Assembly (NCBI RefSeq): GCF_018977255.1
Contig: NW_024704742.1
Span: 38,814,001-38,878,000, forward strand
DNA from: Callorhinchus milii
Lineage: Eukaryota
DNA length: 64,000 nucleotides
Direction: 5' to 3'
Shown here piece by piece: positions 38,941-51,059 of the stretch (position 1 is its first letter; the number at the start of each line of letters is the position of its first letter). Under the pieces are notes generated by a model, which was not told where the DNA came from, did no database searches, and worked only from the letters and a program-made list of their open reading frames with translations. The position numbers were made by a program, and so were the translations under genes.

Positions 38941-41279
38941 ATTTTGAGAAACAGTTCCTTTTTTTCAATTCTCCGCTCCCGGTTCTTACATAGTATATGC
39001 CTTCTGTATATCACCCTTGCAACCAATACTAATGTATGAGTTGCAATAGTGGTATGCAACCATGGATCACATCAGAACGGAGTCAGATTCTGTGCTCACC
39101 TCCACGTACAGTTTCCAGAAAGAAAACACTGGTTAAGAATCAGTGCAATAAAACTCACATAAATCGTATCAGTCAGGACCATAACATTTAATCTGACTTA
39201 TGTGAAGTCCAAGTTACAGGAAAACTGTACAAGAAAATCCAATTTAATCAATAATCTCCTCTGTGCATGCGTAGTTTGATGCAGCTGGTAAATGCGCATG
39301 CGGTAGTACGTCACGGCAGCCGGTAAGTGAGCATGTGGTGACGGATCAAGATTATATTTCCCGCGATTCAATGCGTCTTGACCCATTGTTGCATGTGCAT
39401 TCACTGGCAAGCGTTGGAATCACATTGAATCCGGAAAATAAAGTTCTTCTGCGCATGCATCGACAGTTCAAGACTACGTTTCTCACGATTCAATGCAGTC
39501 AACCGGGAGTGTCTTTTCCCGCAATTCAAAGCATCCTGCAATTGCGGGAGTAATGGAGGGTAGGGGAGTGTTGTAACGAATTACAGGAGGTAATTAATAT
39601 GAGTAGTGCAAAGAATCCTAGTGGTTTTGATAGGAAACTGATTGGGACTCAGGCGAATGTACGACTTAGACGGTTAATAAAGACAAGACTTATGACAGTT
39701 TTACTGTAGTGAGATTTTTCCAAAGGGTACTGAGGCCAGTTGTTGCTGTGGCTTAGATCAGCTACCTCAAAGATTTGACCTGCATGGTTCAGTTTGATAC
39801 TGAACAGTTAGTCTTTGTCAAGTTAACCATCGGAGGAGATGGCAGGAAAGATTCTTCTTGGATAACAGTTTATTGTGCAAGAAAATTCCCACATTGAGCA
39901 AGAAGCTGCACCATTTTGCAATGTTTTAAAGCATTCATTTATTCAATAACCATAACATATTTTATTTCTAAAAGACTGCTGCAACTGAAGGAAGATTTAA
40001 ACACAAATTTAAGGCTAAGATCGTGCGGGAATTGCAAGCCTCTGAGATCCTGAAAAGTGCTTGGGTGATAAATCGCTGTAAGCAACAAATCAAACATTTT
40101 CCAAACATTTTACCAAGGACATTTTCAGTGTCTGCTGCTCTCGGTGAAATAATTGACTTAGGATGAGGATTCTTTAGGACACTTGGAAATAACTGTACTC
40201 TGCTGTCCTTTCTTATCTGCAGTGTGTATTTTTGGTTTTACAATAAATCAAACTCTCCACCAAAAGGAATTGCAATACATGATTGTTTTTGGTTACAGAT
40301 TTCGATTACAGCTGCGCAATTGGCAATACAAAAACAGTCACTTCATTGGACAGTAAAGCATTTTGAGAATGATAGTACTTTGAAGTCATGGAGCTCTGTC
40401 AGATAAAGCTATTCTTAAATGATTATTGGTTGTGAGGTATCTAATTTCTGAGATTTGCAAAAGATTGTTAAATAGTGAATTCTGGATATGTCAACCTCAG
40501 CCATCTGGTCTGACGTCAATCTCAGATCCAGACTTCAGTGAAGTTGGTGTCTGAAAGGAATACCAGAGGATCCCCACTCAGATTCCTTTATTAAGGAATT
40601 CCGTTTGAAATTTGCCATGTTTTAGACCCTGATCTTCAGAAAGTCACGAGTTTTAAATAAAAAGAAAATAGATGAGCAGCTGAAGGTCCTTTGCTTGTCG
40701 ATTTTTGCTGAGACAACCACAATGTATTATTTTTAGTGTTGGCTCCCTGCTGAGAACATCCGTTTGATCTCGACTCGAAGAAGAAACATCTGCACAAACA
40801 GAGTTAGTGTCCTCTGATGATATTTTTCACATTGTAAAGGTCACGCTATGGATCATGCATGGTTCTTGAATACTATTTTTCTTTACATTTTCCTATAAAA
40901 ACACACTTTGATCAGCAATCTCGAATCATGTAAAATGAACCAATTGAAAAAAGAAAGTTTCAGAAATAATCTGGTAATTAACTTCTACTGACTAATATTT
41001 GAGGGTTGATATCCTAGCTCATTCAAGCTCAAAGGCTTCTCTGAAACATATGTAGCTTCATAAAAGCCAATCAAAGCTTTCATATTGAGTTTCTCACATT
41101 TGAGATAACTAACCCATGGAGTTATCTCTGTTAGTTCTTCTGTTCGAACTTTTTTAGAGGTGTTTTTCCTTTCTGTTTTACCCTATTTAGAGGCCATTCA
41201 TTAACCCCTCAGCTTTGCACTTGCTGGACAGCTATCAATCATGTTATTCATTTTCAGTCAGCAGGAGGTACAGTTCAGG

Positions 41280-41515
41280 CAGGAAAAATGAGAATAAACA
41301 TCTTCACGCAGAGTTATCAGAACTTGAAATGCTTTGTCACAAGTGGCTGTTGAGGCTGAGACCAGAATAATATTTAAAGGGTAATTAGATAAATATTTGG
41401 ATAGGAACAATGTAAAAGGGTATAAGGAAATAGCAGAAATTGGGAATAGAGTAGTTTGCTCCAATGGAGGATATGGCACCATTTTAGGCGTGATAGGCTT
41501 CCCTTTATGTGTTGT
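41280..41515 (+). mobile_element. CR1 LINE 3' end fragment
   Basis: 'ttcacgcagagttatcagaacttgaaatgctttg...gttgaggctgag...tttaaagggtaattagataaatatttg' plus 3' UTR-like sequence. Confidence 0.75.
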
Positions 41516-41564
41516 GTATTGTGTTTGATTCCATGAGACAGTGCCACACTCTGTTCACAATTGT

Positions 41565-41796
41565 GTGGCAGCCTGGCTCCGTGGTAGGTAGCACTCTTGC
41601 CTCTGAGCCAGAAGATTGTGGGTTCAAGTCCCAAGTCAGGATATGGAATCACAGTCTAAGATGTCACCCTAATACAGTTCTGGGTGTGTGTTGCATTGTC
41701 GGAGGTGCCGTCCTCCGGATTAAACCGAATTTCCATCTGCCTGTTCAGGTGGAAGTTAAAGATCCCATGGCACTATTTGAAAAGAGAAGGAAGTTT
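41565..41796 (+). mobile_element. DeuSINE 5' half
   Basis: 'ggtagcactcttgcctctgagccagaagattgtgggttcaagtccca...gcattgtcggaggtgccgtcc...caggtggaagttaaagatcccatggcactatttgaa'. Confidence 0.85.
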
Positions 41797-41968
41797 ATAA
41801 TCATAATAATCCTTGAATTTGACATAGCGCCTTATCACGTCATTGAGACGTCTCAAAGCGCTTCACAGAGTAAGGAAACTTGCCTAAGGTTTCACCCTGC
41901 CCGGTAATCGAACCTGGTTCCTCTCACTTGAGAGGCAAGTGCTCTAGCAACTATGCTACAGGACTCTA
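41797..41968 (-). mobile_element. tRNA-SINE with large internal deletion (head joined to tail)
   Basis: Junction 'aaagcgcttcacag|agtaaggaaacttgcc' removes the whole middle of the element. Confidence 0.8.
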
Positions 41969-41997
41969 CAGAACTTGGAAGGGCAGACCAGGCACTT

Positions 41998-42290
41998 GGT
42001 GCAGGAAATCCTCACACTCAGCTCCTGTTAACCCTGCAAGCCAAAGCCCTAAAGGGTAGGGTGGTCCTAGCTGGACAAGCAGTGGGAAAACTTGCCAGAC
42101 AGTAATATCAATGGCAAGCTATGTGGTTTTAATTGGTTAGACTCCAGCAGTTTCCCCAATGCACACTCTGCGGTCCCCCAAGCCTTGGCTCTTGCTAACC
42201 TGCGCCTAATACTCTCTGGAATTAGGTAAGCAGGATGCATCCCTCCAGGGAGAGAGAGAGAGTGCGCATTCCATTCCAACAATCTATCTT
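41998..42290 (+). repeat. Unidentified repeat family X, copy 2
   Basis: 'gactccagcag...gtccccaagccttggctcttgctaacctgcgcctaatactctctggaattaggtaagcaggatgcatccc'. Confidence 0.85.
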
Positions 42291-42315
42291 TGAGATTTCA
42301 CACTCTGGGGCCCTG

Positions 42316-42556
42316 GGAAAGGAGAGAGAGAAAAAGAAGGGGGAGAGAGAGAAGAGAGAAATGAAAAAAGAGAGAGTGAGACGGAAACGAGAGAGCAAGA
42401 GAGGGAAAGGAGAGTGCAAGAAAAAGAGAGAGAGGAGGGAGAGGGGGGTAGAGAGACGGGGAGGGAGAGGAGGAAGGGAAAGAGAGTGGGGGAGGGAGAA
42501 GGGGGAAAAGGAGGGAGAGAGAGGAGAGAGGGGAGAAGCAGAGAGAGAGAAAAGGG
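42316..42556. repeat. Polypurine (GA-rich) low-complexity tract
   Basis: About 240 nt almost entirely A/G; explains the K/E/R/G-rich ORF 42235-42672. Confidence 0.95.
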
Positions 42557-42626
42557 CTCAGATTACACCCCCAACTCTCTTCAAAGGCTCTGCGGATTTT
42601 AGCATGAGAGCGACTGAGAGGGGAGC

Positions 42627-42934
42627 GTGGAGTCCTGTAGCTCAGTGGTTAGAGCACTCGCTTTGCAAGTGAGAGACCTGAGTTCAATTCCAGGCAGAGG
42701 GCGAAACCTTGGGCAAGTTTCCTTACTCCACACAGAGCCTAATAATAATCCCTCCAAAACCAAAAACAATAATACATTGGTCATTTTCAATCTACGACTG
42801 TTTGTGGGACATTGCTGTGCGCAATTGGCTGCTGCGTTCGCCCACAAATATACAGTCAATTCACTTTACAGTGTGTTCTGTGAAGCACTTTGGGATGTCC
42901 TCCTGACATGAAAAGCGCTATATCAAATGCAAGG

Positions 42935-42967
<33 letters not shown>

Positions 42968-42968
42968 A
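42627..42968 (+). mobile_element. tRNA-Ala-headed SINE, short subfamily, full length, young
   Basis: Box A TAGCTCAGTGG, TGC anticodon-like loop, box B GAGTTCAATTCC, Deu 3' segment, L2-type tail and long (ATT)n. Confidence 0.92.
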
Positions 42969-43369
42969 CTACTGATAGACACTAGTCTGTCTGTGTAATC
43001 TACCTCCACCGAACAGTGTGCAAGAGCGTCGATTAAGAACACATGTCCCAAACTTCACACAGCCCACAGGCAGATGTGCCGTCATCTGGGATTGTAATCA
43101 CCTTTAGCAGTTTTTGGGGTCCATCTGATGCCCGTACACTCAGCTTGTGTAAGAGTTGAACCATTAAGCCACAGAACCTGGTAAACGTACAGGGATGCGT
43201 GTTTCAGGCTTCAACTTGATAAGCACATTTTTCTGGGTTCTGTCATACACCTGTACCGCCAGTTTTAGGTGGCTGTCCGTCAACATGAGGAGGTTCTGGT
43301 GGGTGATATCAGGTAGATATCACCCACCAGAGTAGGTAGATATCTATATCAGATTGATATCATCCATTC

Positions 43370-43595
43370 TCGCCACTATCAAGTTTCTCCCGGTATCCTG
43401 GCCTACAATCCCACCAAAGAAAATTGGTCGCTAACTCCATTGCTGTTTATGCAACATTGCTGCGCGCAAACTGGCTGCTGTGTTTTGCCCACAAAATACA
43501 CAATCAATCCACTTTACAGCATATCCTCTGAAGCGCTTTGAGATGTCATGACAACGTGGTCAGGCGCTATCTCAAATGCAAGGATTTATTATTAA
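43370..43595 (+). mobile_element. DeuSINE 3' half
   Basis: 'ttctcccggtatcctggcc...cattgctgcgcgcaaactggctgctg...gcgctatctcaaatgcaaggattt'. Confidence 0.8.
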
Positions 43596-46344
43596 GAAAC
43601 CATGAGAAAAGGACTTTCAGCTCCTAAAGTTAATTCCAATCAGATATGTTTTGCAGTGTGCAACAACTTGAATTCCTCCCTTCATTTTTGATGACTGTAG
43701 AAATATATAGCAAAATTTCCTCTTAAATTTCTCTACCACCTTCCTTTAAGCACCCTGGGATGCTCTCAAGGTGTTATAGCGCTTTGGCACGCTACCCTGC
43801 ATGGAGGGCGCTATATAAGTGCAAGTTGTTGTTGTTCTTGCTATATACATGCAAGTTGCTGTCATTATGACAGAAAATTCAGTAACTTAATGAAGTCTTG
43901 CAGATCTGAGTTCCATATAGAAGATTCCTTGGGCAAAATGCTGTTTTATGTCATGGGCCCTTTTGCTGACTGCCACAATGGGTGGGCACTACAGTGAACA
44001 TTTAGACACCATTACCATCGTGTATGTGAATTTGGGGGTTATTGGTATCTAGGCAATGATTCCTGCAGCAAGCAACATATTTTCTAGGGTTAGTTGAAAG
44101 TATGAAATATGCATAATTTAAATGTAAAATTACCAAAGTAAGGATTACAGTGCATAATTCTTGCCATTCCATCAATAAAAAAAAGAAAATAATCTTAGGG
44201 TGATTAAGTGCTACCGCGCACACTGGTTCTTCTGTTTTCCATGTGGATGGACTGTATTATTTGTAAATGATCTATTATGTTTATGTTTCCACTACTCTAA
44301 CCTTTCCAGTAATTAGTTGCTCTTGAAGTGTCACAATTGTGCTGCATCAATTATGAAGAATGCTTCAATATGTTCCTTGAAATAAGATTTTTTCTGTTAT
44401 AGCCATTACGAAATTCATGCCCAATTAAGCTCGGAGAGACTGGTTAATACATATGTTGTGGGTATTTTCCTGAGGGACCTTTCCTTTCACAATGATGTTG
44501 ATTGACATTAGGTTCAGAATGCAGAGAGTATCAGATGTTACACTCTTTCAATATATACTCATTGAATACACTATGAAGAAAAAATGAATGAGTTTTTTCT
44601 AGAAACTTTGGGGGTACATTTTTGATGTTTTATAACAGGTTCGGTGTATTATCAGTTTGAATTTTTAATGAAATTTTGCAAATTTACCCCCTTCCTTGCT
44701 CTCATATTTGTAATAATTATTTCAAGATGTTTACTTACAATCTGTGTTAATAACACTAACTTAATTTACTTTGAGAATTAAATATTATTTGCATCTGTCA
44801 GTCTGGGGCTAACTTTATTTTGAATTCTGTTGCTTTGCCTCATGGCCAGAGGGAAGTGCTCACTGAAGCACACCAAGGTATCATATTCCCCACCTTCAGT
44901 CTGGATTGGGTCAACCTGGTTTTGGGTTCAAGCCCCACATTGGTACTTGAGCTCATAATCTAGTCTGCCATAATTGGTAACATTCTCATCTCAGGCTCAG
45001 AAGCTTGTGGGTTTAAACTCTACATTGGGAGTTGAGCTCACAGTCTGAGACTTCACTTCAGTACTGCATTGTCTGAGATGATGTTCTTCAGATGGACTCT
45101 AAATATCCCATGCAAAACCATGGCATTCTCCCAATGCACTGACCAACAATCCTCCAGATTGTTTCACCTCATTGGTGTTTGTGGGACATACAATGCAGTA
45201 GTTTGGGGGCTCATCAAATCCCAACTGCGTGAATGCTATCAGCAGTCGGCATTCACTACACATGAGACCAGTTAGCTAAAATAGTTGGCTTCTGGTTGCA
45301 ACCGCCATTACTACCTGTGGGCAATCAATGCATGCATAGTAATCAGGAAGTGATGGCAATGCCAACCTAATAACCCACAAGTCATCCATTTTGCTTACCC
45401 CTGTGGGTGAAGCTCCTGTGGATCATTTCTGAATATTTGAAGTAAATAAATGTTGGATCAACATCTCAACCAAACAAAAACCTACATAATCTATTATTAT
45501 TGTTGAGAAGGGCTTTGAGATGTTTTAAGTGCTATGAAAGTACAAGTTTTTACTGTGATTATTACATCAAAGATAATCATAGCTATTGAAATATATGGGG
45601 CTCCTTTTATAAAAGAGACTGATCCTCACTGGGGCAAAAGTCAAGCAAACTCAAATTATTACATTTGTTTTGATGTTGCCGAAGTAAAACGTGTTGCAAA
45701 GTATGGGAGGAATGATATCTTGTATCTCAGCTTCCCATTTGAAGTGAAAAAAGATGTGTGCCAATTAGTCACAAGTGCCTGACTATCATTGCCTGACAGT
45801 ACAGTCCATAGTTTGACCTTTTAAAGGCGTGTGTCATCCCAGTGACACATGTGAAGAAAATAGCAAATTAGCATATGGATGTAAGTGTGTCTCAAATAAC
45901 ACTTATTGCCTGCAGAAGGGAGTATTGGCTTCCAGTATCTACTGATTGAAGAAATGCAGTCAGTTCCTCTCAAGCCCAAAGAGAACTTTCCAATGCACAC
46001 ACCATACAGGAGTCACTGATCGACTGTTAAAGTGTACCACATTCTTGACAATGTGGGCAAAGGAATTAGAAAACCTGAGTGATAGAAATCTTCTTCGGCA
46101 AAGAGTCCCATTATTCATTGTGTTCTGTTTGTATCCACAGCAGGTTGGGACTGTCTTCATAACAGTAGAAATGTTTCAGAGTAACAAAATCCTCTTCAAG
46201 ATGGCACAGATTTAGTTATTCCTGTGATATTTTACATTCCCCATCAGTATATCTGTTTAACGTGTGCCTTCAAGGAATATTGTCCCTGGATTTTTCTCAG
46301 AATGAACAGGAAAACTAATGAAATCTTCCGCCCGTTTGAATAAG

Positions 46345-46725
46345 AAATAATCCTTGTAATTGATGCAGCACCAATAACATCAAAAAGCAAATCTCAAAGT
46401 CTGGTAACTGTCACTAACACAGCAGCCATTTTATACATAGTTAGGTCCCACAACAGCCATGAAGTCGAAGACCAAATTATCGGGAGAATTTTGGCTAGGA
46501 CACCAGGAAAAACTCTGTTGTCTTGTTGAATAGTGTCATTTTTTAACACTCACCTGAACAGGTAGATGGAACCTCAGCCTAAAATCTTATCCAAAGAATG
46601 ACATCTCTGACAATGCAACACCTCCAGCACTGCACTGGAGGGTCAGCACAGATCACATGTCAGACAGGAACTCGCAACCTTCCGAACCAGAGACAAAAAG
46701 TGCCAGTAAAAGAGCCAGGCTGATA
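46345..46725 (-). mobile_element. DeuSINE, degenerate full length
   Basis: 'aatccttgtaattgat...gcagccatttt...ggctaggacaccagg...cacctgaacaggtagatgg...gcactgcactggagggtcagc...gagccaggctgatac'. Confidence 0.75.
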
Positions 46726-47637
46726 CTTGATGAAGCACGGTACAGCATAACAACCATCTGTTGCATTCTGACTTAAGGCTGAACTGATCTCTCTGTTTTT
46801 GATGAAAAGTCCAGCTCAAGGCTCGAATTACTTAGATTTATCCGAGTATATTAATCCAATGCTGCAAAGACGTGCCATCAGCAAGCATGTCCCAGCAGTT
46901 ATACTCCTCTATTGCTACTTTGCTTTCTCATTTATTGAGTCTAAACCTCAGGCGTTTGAAGAAAAATTACTATTATTTCATTAAAATAAGACTGAAGGAG
47001 GTAAAGGAGCACTGTATTGCTATAAGTGACCTTTTCTCTCTCTTTGTTACTGACAGTCCAGTTCAGTGGACTGGAGAAGTATGAGATAGACTTGACAGGT
47101 TTTATCTAGCGCCTAGATTTGTATTAGGAAGTCAAGTCCAAATAATTGCTGAAAAGGAAAGGAGATGCATATGGTTATTCTTCCTATCCTCAAAGGTCTA
47201 TCATTTCAGGTCTGGTGTTCAGAAACTTGAATAATTCCCACGATTACCCCCTTGCCTACCATACACACCAGTCAGTCATTCTGTTTACTTAACAGCAATA
47301 AACCTGTGTCCCAAGCCTCATTTGCACTACAGCTGCAATTTCACATTTGTCAGAGATTTTCAGCTGACTGGCAGTAAAAGGACAGACTACAAACAGCTTG
47401 GAGTTATATTGATCATAGTCCAAAGCAGAAGCTCACACCTCTTGACCTCAGCGTTTGCCTGAGCTGTGAAGCAAGCAAGTCACTTCGGACTGATACATCT
47501 GCTCCCCGGGAATCTACTGGCATTTTCTGTAGGCAACAGGAGCTGAGCTCGTGCTTCAGATTGGTAATGAATTAAATTGAGAATTAAGTGCACATTCTGG
47601 GAAATCTCTGCTTCTTAAGTTTCTACTGCAGAAGTGA

Positions 47638-48045
47638 GCAATGTGGATGATCCTTGGTGTCAGAGGGTTGAGCTATGAGAAACAATTAGATAAGAATTTT
47701 CAACATTGAAAAGGGACACCTCTGAGGGGACCTTATAGAGACATACAAGATGTTAAATGTGATTAAGATAGTAAACCCAGACCAATAACCTCATAGTATA
47801 AGAGAAGGAAGGACAGGATGGCACAGGTTCAAAATTGGGAAGGACAATTACAAGACAGACGGCAGATAGTATTTCTTTATACAGAGGATATCAGCAGGTG
47901 GAACATATTACCAGGAAGGGCAGTTTTAGCCAAGATACTGGATTTATTTAGGAACCAGCTCAATGCTATACTCAGAACGTGGTAGGGGGGATATTCTGGA
48001 AGGATGGTTCAAAGGGTCTTCTTCATCCAAACATCTCATGATCTT
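47638..48045 (+). mobile_element. CR1 LINE 3' fragment
   Basis: 'gagctatgagaaacaattaga','gagggggaccttatagagacatacaagatgtt' (RGDLIETYKM), 'ggcacaggttcaaa', 'ttctttatacagagg..gtggaacatattacca'. Confidence 0.75.
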
Positions 48046-49689
48046 GCTATACACTGCAGTCCATCATGATACAGTACTGACCGAATGAAGGACCTGTGAT
48101 TAATCACAGCTTAATGCAGGCTCTGTCATGGAGCAGGCATTCAGACAGACACAGTAAAACAGAACCTGGAAGAGATCAGAGTCTCCTCAGCCTCCATCCA
48201 AATGGCAATTAAAATAAATACCTTGGTGTCAAATTTGTGGTATTTTTTAACTGAATTCCTCAATAAAGAATCTCTTTAGAATTCCAATCAACCTGCATTG
48301 GAGTGGTGTTCTTGTGGGTCAGTAAGATGTAACATTTGGTTACTGGGAGGAGTCCCAATTTTATATGACTGTTTCTAAGAAATCCCATTTAGTTTCTACG
48401 AAATCTCATAAGAAATACTGTAAACTGGACTCTCTCTTAGTACCAACTCAATGAGACCAGCAAAGGTTTATCCTAACCAGTTTTCAGATCCTTCTCTGAG
48501 TAGAGTGCTTTGGCTGGGACCGGTGTTCCACACGATTTCGATTACAAAAAAAGAGACATCACTGAAACCTAATAGTTGTAGCACAGTTGTTTAAGGTAGT
48601 GTATTGTAAACAGGCTGGATTGGCACATAATTGAATTACACTGAGCTAAGCAAACAAAGAGAGACAAGAAGGCCAGTGGGAGAATGCCTGGGCTCTAATG
48701 TCATTACTGAGATTTCAGGAACTCTTGTAATAAGAGATACTTCTGTAGCACTCACACTTTTAGACTAACGGTTTTATATGAGCTCTGCTTGCTGCTGAAT
48801 GTCACTGTAATCTGTGTAATAGTTCCCTCCCCTCCATCTGTGATTGCCTCACATATGTTGTCCCACAAACTGCAGTGATCTGTGCCCAAACTGATGTGAT
48901 TGGTGCACTCTACACTCAGTGACTTCTGTGCTGTAACTGTAGTAACTATACCTTTGGTTTACGGGACTTCTTGCTCCCAAGCAAGAAAATAGACACGATT
49001 TGTTGTCTAATCTACAATATTCTTAGACTGGATTGGTTGCATTAATTGCAACTTTGCAACATTCCTTTTGAAACTTGCAGCCAGGAATTGTGAATTCAAA
49101 GTCAGCAAAGTCAAAAACGTCTGACAAGCAATCCAGCCAGCTGTTTCCTGCCACCAGTGTTTTGGTCTTCGGAATATTTCCAGACTTTGCCAACTTGGCA
49201 TTTGTAATTTGCAAATTTCGCAAACAAGAAGCTCCTAACAAACATTTGCAATTCATGTAACAAAACTGATTTGTATATATTACAGATTAGCCCATATAGA
49301 GGTTTAGATTGAGCTAACACTCGCTTGAGTGAGGTTGTGTTCTAAAGCTATGGGAAACAAAATGCCTGTTTGCTCACAGTACTTATTCCATGCGTGTTTA
49401 AGAATAAATTGCTTCCCTGCTGTGTAACCTTTTTTTGTAATCGGTGAACAGAACAAAGGTAATAAAATGAAATTATTGTAAGGCAAACAATCCTTTACAC
49501 ACTAATTAAACCGAACATCAAAAGTATAGATAAACAACTTCAGTCATAATCTAAACAGAGCTGAAGGATATTTATATTAAAAGTTCACTTGATCCACTTA
49601 GTCACATAATCATTGATGTATGAAAATCCTCTTTGTGTTTATCTTCTGGTTCTTGCGGCTTTTTGTCTTGTCACGTAGAAAACCTTATT

Positions 49690-49962
49690 AATGGCAAACT
49701 CTGCATGCAAATTTAGATGGTAAACTCCAGCAGTACTCCAAAGTGCAACTGGGGTCCCCAAGCCTTGCCTCTTGCCGATCTGCGCCTAATACTTTCCGGG
49801 ATAAGGTGAGCAGAGTGGGTCCCTCTGGGAAGAGAGTGCAGACTCCATTCCAGACACAAGGAACTTTCTAGGCATGTGTGGAACTCTCAGTAGTCTGGTT
49901 TGGATACTCTTAAACATGGTGATGGGTTTCTGCAAATGTCAGACACCTGACTGGCGCAAAAA
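49690..49962 (+). repeat. Unidentified repeat family X, copy 3
   Basis: 'ggtaaactccagcag...ggggtccccaagccttg...tttggatactcttaaacatggtgatgggtttctgcaaatgtcagacacctgactggcgcaaaaa'. Confidence 0.85.
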
Positions 49963-50137
49963 TTGAATGGTATCCTATTATAGACCAAAACTTGTCCACA
50001 AAACAGTATCTTTTGCCAGTTATAAGTTAAAAATGTTGCAGTCAACTTTCTGTTTTCTCAGTATCACACAAGAAAAATATTCAGTTACATTTCATAAACA
50101 TGTTTCAATACTTGTGATGTTATTGTTTGTTCACCAC

Positions 50138-50379
50138 TGGGGAGAAATTCCTTCCAGGTCTAGATTTACTCTAGTTAGGTAACATTTTAGCACACCAAGA
50201 ATTTGGCAAACTGTTGAATTTAGTCTTAATTTTTAAGTTAGTTTTATGTAATTCTTAAAATAAACTTACAGAGGACTGGCTTTAAATTTAATGCTGTATT
50301 TAAGAATTTGCCAAATTTTGGATTCTCTGAAATGCTACATAAATAGTGTAAATCTAGACTCGGGTGGAAGTTCTCCCCA
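50138..50379. mobile_element. MITE-like element with long terminal inverted repeats
   Basis: Left TGGGGAGAAATTCCTTCCAGGTCTAGATTTACTCTA vs reverse complement of right TGGGGAGAACTTCCACCCGAGTCTAGATTTACACTA (30/36); pairing continues to about 80 bp; AT-rich centre. Confidence 0.8.
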
Positions 50380-51059
50380 CATATTTACTAATTCCAGGTG
50401 ATGGCCATTGATTAGTGAGATAAACGGATGCACAGTTAATCTCCTGGTGACACTGGGGGCTAAGCTGTGGTCTAAGTAAAGAGATTCTTTGTGTATTAAG
50501 TATGAATTATATGGAGATGCTGGAGGCCACTCCTTCATCCCGCTCAATACTGGCTCTTGAAGCTGGGTTGTACATTTTTCTACCAGTCCAGAACTGCACA
50601 GTCCAGCCAGAGGCAGCTTTAACTTATGTTTTCTCACATATTTGACCTTGTAGTGGGAAGGGGTTACTAAGAGCACAGACCATCTGAGAGAAATTATCCC
50701 CGACTCCCCAACAGCCTGACTTCATGAGCAGACCAGCAAGTGATAGGCATTTGAATGCATCCAATGGACAGAGATACAGATGACAAGACTGAGAGAGTCC
50801 CAACAGCTAGTGAGTTGGTGGGTGAAGCATCAGAAAAGATGTTTTGATGTGAGTCTACATGACAAGAGGATACTCTGAGTGATAAATGAGATGTCTATCT
50901 GGGTTGAGCCATTCCAACTGATTGCCATATCATCCTCTCCTTGAATAGTTTACCTCTGTTCAAAGGTCTTAGAAGATACTAGATTCTAAACTGTGCCTAA
51001 GTGAGTTGGTCAACCCATCGTTCTTACTTTCAAATGACTTCATGACATTTCCTTACTCT

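Noticed and set aside
42235..42672. 145-aa charged protein ORF
   Set aside because: Translation of the GA-rich low-complexity tract flanked by repeats.
42627..42705. tRNA-Ala(TGC) gene
   Set aside because: The tRNA-like head runs into a SINE body and tail and recurs in about eight diverged copies.
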